Shown here: piece by piece, positions 17,271 to 24,470 of the stretch | Layout of the letters: each line of letters starts with the position of its first letter | Numbering within the stretch: the stretch's first letter is position 1 | IMG/VR virus record: IMGVR_UViG_3300047095_000168 | Coordinates: 1-36,177 of that record | Source: a virus | Taxonomy: Duplodnaviria > Caudoviricetes | DNA length: 36,177 nucleotides | Direction: 5' to 3' (one strand) | The notes under the pieces: model-generated | Told to the model about the DNA's origin: nothing | Seen by the model: the letters and a program-made list of their open reading frames with translations, nothing else | The model's database searches: none | Made by a program: the position numbers and the translations under genes

Positions 17271-17645
17271 TCACCGAGGGGGATAGGGGCCTGTGTCGGG
17301 GAACACGATGAAGGAGCAGCCAATCTCCATGCTCCCCACGCTGCTCCCGATGTAGAGGTCGTACCCGGGGAAGTTCCGGATTGGCTTGTTGTTGGCATCG
17401 TAGGCGCGACCGGTCTTGCAGGCGGGGCCTGCGGCAGCTTCAGGTCGGACGAACGGGAGCGGGGCCGGGTCGTTTTCGGAAGTAATGAACCATTGCGGGT
17501 CGATGGGCTCGTCCTGGTCCTTGCGGACGTAGAGCCCATCCCAGCGACGGACGACCTGATCCGAATAGTGAACGAAGCCGCTCTCGTCGTCCTGGACGAG
17601 CCACCTGCCTCGCCTCCAGCGATTGCGCTCCGTCCACTGCCCCAT
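17271..17645 (-). CDS. conserved head-tail region protein (degenerate zinc ribbon)
   Basis: DDESGF...RRWDGLYV.KDQDEPIDPQ...VRPE. Coupled to the upstream gene (TGATG). Confidence 0.65.
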   Translation of the reverse strand: MGQWTERNRWRRGRWLVQDDESGFVHYSDQVVRRWDGLYVRKDQDEPIDPQWFITSENDPAPLPFVRPEAAAGPACKTGRAYDANNKPIRNFPGYDLYIGSSVGSMEIGCSFIVFPDTGPYPPR

Positions 17646-17989
17646 CAGAACGCCCGCTCAGGTCCGCTCTGCATAGCCATGATTTCGAGCGTGGCCGCAC
17701 CGCTCGCCCGAAGGACGAACCGGAAGCAGGACGCAGGGTCTTCGTGGACGATCTGCGAGTTTGTGGAGAAAGCCGTGATCTGCACGAAGTGCGCCGAAGC
17801 GACGCCCGTCGCGAGGACACGGTCGATGCTCCACGCTGCCGAACATCCAGACATGAACCCGCCAGTCCCGCCCGGATGGCGAAACACGATGGCGTATTCC
17901 TGCGTGCTGACCCAGGTGTCCGTGGGCCAATAGACGGTGGTGGTCTCCCCGCTTGTCATCGAGAAGGACCAGAGCTTGGGCCGCGCCAT
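17645..17989 (-). CDS. hypothetical beta-rich virion protein
   Basis: Tightly packed in the late operon, with an alternating beta-strand pattern. Confidence 0.65.
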   Translation of the reverse strand: MARPKLWSFSMTSGETTTVYWPTDTWVSTQEYAIVFRHPGGTGGFMSGCSAAWSIDRVLATGVASAHFVQITAFSTNSQIVHEDPASCFRFVLRASGAATLEIMAMQSGPERAF

Positions 17990-17992
17990 GGA

Positions 17993-19423
17993 TCAGACTC
18001 CGTAGATCGAAGGGTCGAGACGGGTATAGACGATCTCGATGGCCGAGTTGGCCGAAAGCGACGCGATGCTGCCGGATGCAGCGGCGACGTTGATGTAGAT
18101 GGCCTGAGCCGTCGCACCGGACTTGGCCCGGTTGATGCCCGAGTTGTCGAACGCGCCGACAGCCGTCGCACCAATGACCGAGTAGATGCCAGCCGCAGAG
18201 ACCGACACGCTGCCGAGGGTGTCCGAAGTGAAGACCGTGGGGGACGTACCCGCACGAACCGTGGCCTCGCCACCGGCAGCCGTACCGGCGATGTAGTTGA
18301 TGCCGACCAGAGCCGCTCCGATGGGGAGGAACCCCACAAGCTGGCCCGAGACCACCCCGTTGGTGGAGGCGATGTTGGTCGTCAGCTTGGAGAACCGGCC
18401 CCATCCGAGTTCGGGCTTCTTCTCGCCCCACGTCCCCAGGTGCTGGCCAGTCGCAATCGGCCCCTGGAACGTGGTCTCCTTTTGGCCGATGCCGGGGTAT
18501 CCGTCACCTTGGCCCAGGCGCGTGAAGACGATCTCCCCAACGCCCTGGAGCGCCGCCACGCTGCCGGAAGCAGCGAGGACCGACATGCGGACCGGGCGGG
18601 ACGAGCCCGCGTTGATGCCCCGGGGGAGTGTCGCGCGAACCGCAGTCGTCAGCGCAAGGGAATACGTCCCGGCCGCCGACACGGAAACGCTGCCGAGGTT
18701 GTCCGACTCCCCATCCACCGCAAACCGCACGGTCGCCTCGCCTGCGGGGGCCGAGCGGCAATAGAAGTTGATCTCGTTGAGGTAGGAGCCATAGGGGAGA
18801 ACCCCGATGACCTGGCCCGAGACCGGCGACGACGCTGCCGTTGCCTGCTGCGAGGTCTTGAGGGTGCCGCACACCAGACGAGCCGGGATGCCGACATCCT
18901 GCGCGCCAGACCGCACCGGACCCTGGTAGGTCGTGTCGTTGCCCTTCATGGCCGCGACGAGATCCGGGCGATCCGCAAGGCTGATGCGGGTGTAGACCAC
19001 CTCCACAAAGGCGGCCGACGCAAGCGCAGAAGACGCGCCGGAGATCGCTCCCGTGGAGAGGTAGATTGGCGTCCCGGCGGCAGAGACGCCCGCATGGCTG
19101 AACGGGAGTGTCGTCTGCGCCGTCGCGGCGTTGACCCGATAGATCGCAGTCCCGGAAACCGAGACGCTGCCGAGGTTGTCGGAGCCACCGGCAACCGTGC
19201 CGAACTTCACAAGCGCTTCCCCGCTGAACGCCCCGGACTTCCAGACGTTGATCTCGCGGAGAACGGCATCGAACGGCAGGACCGCAACAGGCAGGGACGT
19301 GACCGGAACGGGGGTCACCTGCGTCCAGACGGTGAACCGGCCATAAGCCTTCGTGGTGAGCGCAGTCGCGCCGCTGTCCACGCCAGAAGCGACGGGGCCG
19401 ATGAACTGGGTCTTGCCTGTCAT
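17993..19423 (-). CDS. triple-domain capsid decoration / spike-like protein (putative)
   Basis: Three homologous units of about 155 aa. Each has T.F.GP..SG at the start, LP and SD.LGSVSVS internally, and E.V(Y/F)TR at the end. Directly after the capsid gene. Confidence 0.7.
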   Translation of the reverse strand: MTGKTQFIGPVASGVDSGATALTTKAYGRFTVWTQVTPVPVTSLPVAVLPFDAVLREINVWKSGAFSGEALVKFGTVAGGSDNLGSVSVSGTAIYRVNAATAQTTLPFSHAGVSAAGTPIYLSTGAISGASSALASAAFVEVVYTRISLADRPDLVAAMKGNDTTYQGPVRSGAQDVGIPARLVCGTLKTSQQATAASSPVSGQVIGVLPYGSYLNEINFYCRSAPAGEATVRFAVDGESDNLGSVSVSAAGTYSLALTTAVRATLPRGINAGSSRPVRMSVLAASGSVAALQGVGEIVFTRLGQGDGYPGIGQKETTFQGPIATGQHLGTWGEKKPELGWGRFSKLTTNIASTNGVVSGQLVGFLPIGAALVGINYIAGTAAGGEATVRAGTSPTVFTSDTLGSVSVSAAGIYSVIGATAVGAFDNSGINRAKSGATAQAIYINVAAASGSIASLSANSAIEIVYTRLDPSIYGV

Positions 19424-19450
19424 GGGGAGATCCTTTGTTGATCTTCCGGC

Positions 19451-19478
19451 ACTCTACTGCCCACGGCTTCGTTCACAA
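19451..19478 (-). promoter_or_regulatory. possible sigma70-like promoter downstream of the capsid terminator
   Basis: TTGTGA-N16-TAGAGT on the minus strand in the intergenic gap. Confidence 0.4.
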
Positions 19479-19487
19479 GTACCCCAT

Positions 19488-19511
19488 GAGAAAGGGGGGC
19501 CGAAGCCCCCC
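19488..19511 (-). terminator. intrinsic terminator after the major capsid gene
   Basis: GGGGGGC-TTCG-GCCCCCC followed by TTTCTC. UUCG tetraloop with a short U tract. Confidence 0.85.
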
Positions 19512-19537
19512 TCACCCAGCCAGGATGTTGCCTGGGC

Positions 19538-20428
19538 TTACGCGCCAGCCGAAGCGTAGGCGTAACGCCAGTCCGTGGCACCCACGGAAAAGCGCGCCGT
19601 CGTCTTCGTCTTGAGGATCTCCGTGTCGAACTCGTTGTCACGGGTGATCTCGGCGTTGCGGCGACGGTAGAAGGTCGCGCCCGCCTTGGCGTTCGTGATG
19701 ATGAACCACGCATCCGGGTCCGTCAGGAACGGATTCACGATCAGCTCAAGCTGGCCCGCCATCGGATTGATGTCGTTGTCAGCAGAGCCCACCGCGAACT
19801 TCGTCCCGAGGATCTTCTCACCCACGAAGCGGTTGGTGGGGGCCACCAGCAGCTTCTCCGGCATGAGGTTGATCTTCAGGTCCGAATCGTCGCGCCAGTC
19901 GTGGATGTCGATGTACGACTGCTCCAGCGACGCCTGCGTGAGATCCGAGGCGACACCGGGGATGTTGCGCTGCGTGCCACCTCGGACGTTGGCGTGCGTC
20001 GCGCTGAAGAACGGGAGCCCATCGGCACCAAGCATCGTGCTGAAGCCCAGGTTGAAGACCGAGGCGGCGACCGTTTCTTCGGTCTGACGCATCGACTCCG
20101 CCAGCATCTTCGGCACGTTGTTGATGACGTTGTACTGCTCGTCCTCCATCAGTTCGCGGGTGATCGTCGTCCCCAGCCCGTAGGTCAGGTTGACGTACTC
20201 ACGCTGATAGCCCTGGAGCATGTCCACGTAGGGGACGGAATCCCCATCGTCTTTCTGCCCCACAAGGCCGAAGCCGGTGACGCCCTGCTCCTTCTCGAAC
20301 GCCTTGGTGCTGCGGCGCAGGATCATGAAGCGGTTCCACAGCGGCGGGTATCGCCGGTAGGTGTCGGCCCAGATCGTCGAGATGCCGGGCCACAGGAGTT
20401 CGGGAAGATTGCCAGTTCCGGTTGTCAT
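19538..20428 (-). CDS. major capsid protein (Mu gpT-like HK97 fold)
   Basis: LWPGI...STKAFE...GFG, YGLGTTITRELMEDEQY, NPFLTDPDAWF and RFSVGATDWR motifs. Strong GGGAGG SD and a downstream terminator. Confidence 0.9.
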   Translation of the reverse strand: MTTGTGNLPELLWPGISTIWADTYRRYPPLWNRFMILRRSTKAFEKEQGVTGFGLVGQKDDGDSVPYVDMLQGYQREYVNLTYGLGTTITRELMEDEQYNVINNVPKMLAESMRQTEETVAASVFNLGFSTMLGADGLPFFSATHANVRGGTQRNIPGVASDLTQASLEQSYIDIHDWRDDSDLKINLMPEKLLVAPTNRFVGEKILGTKFAVGSADNDINPMAGQLELIVNPFLTDPDAWFIITNAKAGATFYRRRNAEITRDNEFDTEILKTKTTARFSVGATDWRYAYASAGA

Positions 20429-20443
20429 GTTCTCGCCTCCCTA

Positions 20444-21037
20444 TCAGGTCGAGGTGTAGGAGTGGAGAGCGATGCGGACCTCGATGTCGATGAAGGCATT
20501 GCCCCAGGCCGCATTGTTCGCCACCGAGCCAAGGCCGCGAGCCTCGGTCGGCGCAAGACCAAGGACCTGGAAGGTCTTGACCGAGGTGTCTGCCGACGCC
20601 GCACGGATCTGCATCACCGAGGTGCCAGCAGCGGTGTTGCCGTTCGTTGCGGCGGTCAGGGACACGTACTGCCCGACGAGCGTCTCCGCAGCGGAGGCGT
20701 CCACCTGGCACATGAACGTGACCTGCTGACTGTCGTAGACCGCAGCCCAGCCAGCCGTCGCCGCCGGAAGGAACGGGCCACGGGTGGGGAGGCTGAAGGT
20801 CAGCGGCTTGCCGTTTTCGTCAAACAGTTCCGACACGACGCCCAGGCAGCGGGTGTTCGCCGCCGCGTTGGACGAGAGCCGGATGACGCCCAAGCCCGCC
20901 GAATTGAAGCGAACCGGGTCATTGATGAAGATCCCCTGGGTGTTGCCCGACGCAGTCACTCGATAGAGCTTCGTGCGGAGCGTGTTCCCAGCGGCCTTGT
21001 TCCGAATGGCCTGAAGGCCATAGGGAGCGTCGGTCAT
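20444..21037 (-). CDS. capsid cement / decoration protein (putative)
   Basis: DAPYGL...IFINDPV pattern of the gene commonly found just before this type of capsid gene. GAGGAG SD. Confidence 0.65.
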   Translation of the reverse strand: MTDAPYGLQAIRNKAAGNTLRTKLYRVTASGNTQGIFINDPVRFNSAGLGVIRLSSNAAANTRCLGVVSELFDENGKPLTFSLPTRGPFLPAATAGWAAVYDSQQVTFMCQVDASAAETLVGQYVSLTAATNGNTAAGTSVMQIRAASADTSVKTFQVLGLAPTEARGLGSVANNAAWGNAFIDIEVRIALHSYTST

Positions 21038-21061
21038 TGGTTGTGTCTCCTCATGGAGGGG

Positions 21062-21514
21062 TTAATCGATGGTGATGTCGCCTTCGACGGTGACGCCCGT
21101 CCTGGCGCGAATGTCTCGTTTGGTCCTGGTCTTGAGTCCCGAAACCTGCTCTTGCGATGCGTTGCGGTAGTACTCCTCACGCTCGCGAGCCATCTCTTCG
21201 GGCATCTTCATCAGGACCATGTCCCGGTATTCCAGCACACCGGCTGGTGTTCCCGCTCCGCTGTCCACACCGTTCGGACGGTCGTGGATAGCGTCGCCCA
21301 TGCGTGCCTGCTCCCAGCCTTCCGCTCGCTTTCGCAGCATGTTGGCCGGTTCGGCGTGGACCCACCGGAGTCTGCTCGACGGGTCCTTGCTCTTGATGCC
21401 GAGTGGCGCGGCGGGAGCCCAGCTACGGTTCCCTTTCTTCGCGACCTTCCTGCGGCCCTTCACCGCATCCGCAAGCGCACCGGCTGCGGATTCGATTTCG
21501 TTGCTGTCTGACAT
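21062..21514 (-). CDS. conserved head-module protein
   Basis: RLRWV...EGWE...MVLMKMPEE.A.ER..YY motif between scaffold and cement genes. Confidence 0.7.
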   Translation of the reverse strand: MSDSNEIESAAGALADAVKGRRKVAKKGNRSWAPAAPLGIKSKDPSSRLRWVHAEPANMLRKRAEGWEQARMGDAIHDRPNGVDSGAGTPAGVLEYRDMVLMKMPEEMAREREEYYRNASQEQVSGLKTRTKRDIRARTGVTVEGDITID

Positions 21515-21516
21515 AT

Positions 21517-22458
21517 TCAGTCCTCCACCGCAACCGACCTACCGGTCAGTCGCTTCTGCTTGAGATACAATTCGTGAGCTTCCTTCGCCGTCTTGGCAAG
21601 AGACCCACGACTCCCCATGAACATCGCTTCAGCGATCACACGCTCCTGATTCGTCAGTGCGGTGGATTGCCGTTCGGCAGGGGCGGCCCGGCCGCGCGGA
21701 GCCGCGAAAGCCCTGCGGACAGGGTTGCGCGGCTCGTCCTCGTCGTCGATGTCGAGGACTTTGGCCATGCGCCTATCGACCTCCTTGAGGAGTTCGCGGA
21801 TGGACGCATTGGCCATCTCCGGCTCCTTGGAGAGCTTCTCGATCATGTCCAGCGTCGCGGCGAACTCGGGGTGGTTCGGCTGCGCCCAAGGACGCAACAC
21901 CTCCCCGTCGTCGCCGGTAGCCTGCTGCCACGTATGGAGGACCCTCTCCTCCGTTTGGCTGATCGGCTGCGGCGCGGCGTCAGCAGGCGCAGGGGCAGGC
22001 TTCTTGGTTTCCTGCTTGATCTCCAGGAGACGCTCGTTGACCTCCATGAAGGCCTCGGTGTCGCCCGTTGCCAGGGCTTCCTTGGCGCTTCGCTTGAGGT
22101 CAGCCAGTTCCGCCTGGGTCTCCTTGTCCTTGAGCCCGCCAGCGATGGTTTCGAGGGCCTTCTGGAGCTTGTTGTTCTGCTCCGCAAGGAGCGCAATCTG
22201 GCGTTCGGTCTTCTCCGCCCGCTCGTTGGCCTCCTTGGTGTGCCGATACAGGCGATTGAACCGGGCCTTGAGCTTGGGGTCGTCGATTTCTACCCAGTCC
22301 GTCCCCTTCTCCTCGCCCTCTTCGGGCTTTGCTTGGGCTTTGAGGGCTGGGACTGGTCTGGCGGGGGCTGCGGCCGGTTGGGTCTCAGCGGGCTTTTGCG
22401 GGGAGACCGTTTCGTCATCCGACACCTCGACCCGGTTCCCGATGCGCTCTGCACTCAT
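21517..22458 (-). CDS. scaffolding protein (putative)
   Basis: Start MSAERI at 22458 (GGGAGG SD, ATGA overlap). Acidic N-terminus, coiled coil, and a C-terminal LT..ER.IA...Y.KQK helix. Confidence 0.75.
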   Translation of the reverse strand: MSAERIGNRVEVSDDETVSPQKPAETQPAAAPARPVPALKAQAKPEEGEEKGTDWVEIDDPKLKARFNRLYRHTKEANERAEKTERQIALLAEQNNKLQKALETIAGGLKDKETQAELADLKRSAKEALATGDTEAFMEVNERLLEIKQETKKPAPAPADAAPQPISQTEERVLHTWQQATGDDGEVLRPWAQPNHPEFAATLDMIEKLSKEPEMANASIRELLKEVDRRMAKVLDIDDEDEPRNPVRRAFAAPRGRAAPAERQSTALTNQERVIAEAMFMGSRGSLAKTAKEAHELYLKQKRLTGRSVAVED

Positions 22459-22772
22459 GCGGAGCCTCCCTTCCCGTCGTCTTCGATGATGCCGATGATG
22501 TCCTCCTCCTGCATCACGTAGAGGCCGGGCTCGAACGCAATGGGCTTGGCCGCCCACTTGCCGAACAGCACCCGGTCGCCGGGCTTCATCACCTCGCAGG
22601 CCTCGCCCACAGCAATGACGACGCCCTCGTCCGGGATCATCTTGTCTTCGACGGTCTTGGGGATCTCAAAGCCCATCTTCGACAGGCCGGAGAACTTGCT
22701 CGCGATGGACGCCTGAAGCGTCTCAGCACGAACCACAACCCTTGCGAACAAGGGCTTCAGTTTCTTGCTCAT
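22455..22772 (-). CDS. groES: GroES-like co-chaperonin
   Basis: LKPLFARVVV...GVVIAVG...KPGDRVLFGKWA...VMQEEDIIGII. Start at ATG 22772. Confidence 0.9.
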   Translation of the reverse strand: MSKKLKPLFARVVVRAETLQASIASKFSGLSKMGFEIPKTVEDKMIPDEGVVIAVGEACEVMKPGDRVLFGKWAAKPIAFEPGLYVMQEEDIIGIIEDDGKGGSA

Positions 22773-22773
22773 A

Positions 22774-22905
22774 CCTTCCTCTTGGGCGGGATGCCCAGTT
22801 CGCAACGTAGCGATTTGAGGAAGGTGCGGAAGGGGGGGTCTGACAGGAGGGGGAATCAGGCCCCACCCTTCCTGGTGGTCCGGGCTGTTAACAGCCCCGG
22901 CCACC
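22774..22905 (-). promoter_or_regulatory. structured leader RNA upstream of groES (two long hairpins plus an SD-sequestering three-way junction)
   Basis: Inverted repeats at 22874-22905 and 22828-22872. 22774-22781 pairs with 22817-22824 and encloses two small hairpins. Confidence 0.6.
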
Positions 22906-22929
22906 TTTCTTCATCGGCTTCTTCTTCAC
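22888..22929 (-). CDS. 13-aa Lys-rich peptide MKKKPMKKGGRGC (not in ORF track)
   Basis: GTG start preceded by GAGGAG at good spacing. The TAA stop lies at the centre of a palindrome. Confidence 0.45.
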   Translation of the reverse strand: MKKKPMKKGGRGC

Positions 22930-22939
22930 GGCACTCTCC

Positions 22940-23812
22940 TCACAGGAGGCCCCGGATCGACTCATAGGCCGCCGCCGCATCCGAGGGGTTGGTCATCGGG
23001 CGGCCCAGCACCATGGAGGCATATTGCTGCTCGATGGGCAAGATGTAGGGCTGCTGCACGGGCGAGCCCTGGTCGGAAATCAGCCCGCGAGACAGGAGAT
23101 TCGCGTAGTAGCGGCGCACGGGGTCGGTGCGGAAGGCGCTGTTTACCCCCTGCGTGCCGTATGTGGAGATCAGGGCTCGCTGCTGAAGGTCGGTCATCCC
23201 CGGGCCGATGAAGGACGAGATCTCCTGCGGGGGGGACATGGACCCACCCCGCAAGTAGGCAGGAGTCGGGGCGGAGACAGGAACGGACCCGAGTGCCGCC
23301 GCGATGTTATCCCCCATGGAGCGGTTGCCCTGGAACCCGGCCTCGTATGCCTCGCGCTCCCTGATCGGGTCCTGAACCGAATACCCCGCTTCGCGGGCGG
23401 AGCGGTTGGCAGCAGACATGACCTGTCCGAGGGCCATGCCAGTGAATCCAAGCCCCGGGATATTGTTCGGGTCTTCAAGGGCTTGCGTCATGTAACCCTT
23501 GGCGGTTTCCATGAACGTCGGCTCCGCAGGGCCGAACGCTTCGCCGCTGACGATGCCCGAGACCGGGGACTGCCCGGTCGTGTCGCCCATCATCCCGCCG
23601 GTGTCCCCCGCAGGCGATCCGCCTTCGTCGTAATACTCCCGCAAACCCGTGCGTGGGTTCCTCGTTCCGCTCCCGCCCATTGCCTTCAGGATCGCCTTCT
23701 CGCGCGGGTTCACATGGGCAAGCTCCGTGTCGCCATAGCGCCCCTTGCTGCGGAGGACCTCCATCGCTGCGTCGATCTGGCTTGTCTTCATGCGCTTGGC
23801 TCTGCGGATCAT
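22940..23812 (-). CDS. putative internal virion protein (start may be 23791)
   Basis: GRYGDTELAHVNPRE...GGSGTRNPRTGLREY motif, recurrent in podovirus structural-region proteins. Confidence 0.65.
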   Translation of the reverse strand: MIRRAKRMKTSQIDAAMEVLRSKGRYGDTELAHVNPREKAILKAMGGSGTRNPRTGLREYYDEGGSPAGDTGGMMGDTTGQSPVSGIVSGEAFGPAEPTFMETAKGYMTQALEDPNNIPGLGFTGMALGQVMSAANRSAREAGYSVQDPIREREAYEAGFQGNRSMGDNIAAALGSVPVSAPTPAYLRGGSMSPPQEISSFIGPGMTDLQQRALISTYGTQGVNSAFRTDPVRRYYANLLSRGLISDQGSPVQQPYILPIEQQYASMVLGRPMTNPSDAAAAYESIRGLL

Positions 23813-23830
23813 GCGGGCCTCCGTTCTGGA

Positions 23831-24037
23831 TCAGCCTATCGATTCGGGCGAATTGAGCAACCTACCCACCAGCGCAAGAGCTTCGTCGAAGCCCTGCGCG
23901 CGGCCGAGCGTTAGAAGGTCGGAGGCAACCCGGTAACGGTGGTTCACGTTCTGCCTGCGGATCTCCTGGAACAGGAACTGCGTGACCGGGTGCCGACGCC
24001 AGTTCTCGACCTCATCGGGGTCAACACCGTGGATCAC
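23831..24037 (-). CDS. small hypothetical head-region protein
   Basis: W..HPVTQ motif. GTGA overlap with the upstream gene. Confidence 0.6.
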   Translation of the reverse strand: MIHGVDPDEVENWRRHPVTQFLFQEIRRQNVNHRYRVASDLLTLGRAQGFDEALALVGRLLNSPESIG

Positions 24038-24192
24038 TTGCGCCTCGCCGCGCGCATGTTGTCAACGAGGTTGGGGTAGGGACGCCCAGCCTTCGCCGCA
24101 GCCGCTTTCGCAGACGCCTTCTGCGCGGGGGAGAGCCTCTTGGGCGCTCCAAGAGATGCGGGACGCTTTCGGTCCCAGACGGGCTTCTTCAT
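24034..24192 (-). CDS. 52-aa basic protein (not in ORF track)
   Basis: MKKPVWDRKRPASLGAPKRLSPAQKASAKAAAAKAGRPYPNLVDNMRAARRK*. Fills the gap exactly and is coupled at both ends. Confidence 0.75.
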   Translation of the reverse strand: MKKPVWDRKRPASLGAPKRLSPAQKASAKAAAAKAGRPYPNLVDNMRAARRK

Positions 24193-24193
24193 G

Positions 24194-24442
24194 TCAGCAC
24201 TTCCATGCGCGGAGGGACTTGTTGATCCGGCTATTGGGATCGCTCGCGGTCTTGGCCGAGGTCAGCTTCTTCTTCATGCCTTCCATGCGGGCGCAGAACG
24301 ACCGCTTGCGAGGGCCGCCCTCTGGCTGCGGGGGCTTGAGGGTGCCGCCGGTCGCGGCCTTGTAGCTCGCGCGTCCCTTGGCGTTGAGACCCCCTTTCGG
24401 GCTTTGGCCTTCCTTGCGCTGCCATGCGGGTGTCTTGGGCAT
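24194..24442 (-). CDS. 82-aa basic protein (DUF6321-like)
   Basis: PAWQRKEGQSPKGGLNAKGRASY...RKRSFCARM...SRINKSLRAWKC. Start at ATG 24442 after GAAGGA. Confidence 0.8.
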   Translation of the reverse strand: MPKTPAWQRKEGQSPKGGLNAKGRASYKAATGGTLKPPQPEGGPRKRSFCARMEGMKKKLTSAKTASDPNSRINKSLRAWKC

Positions 24443-24470
24443 GCGATGTCCTTCTGGCGGGTTGCGGGGG

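Noticed and set aside
19420-19713. Alternative-frame ORF spanning the capsid 3' end, a possible frameshift extension like T7 10B
   Set aside because: There is no convincing slippery heptamer, it runs through the terminator hairpin, and the translation is not protein-like.
21046-21060. Small CTCC/GGAG hairpin over the SD of the cement gene
   Set aside because: A stem of only 4 bp is too weak to call regulatory without conservation data.
22774-22905. Structured region considered as a tRNA or intrinsic terminator
   Set aside because: No TTC-loop, D-loop or anticodon geometry, and no U tract on the coding strand.
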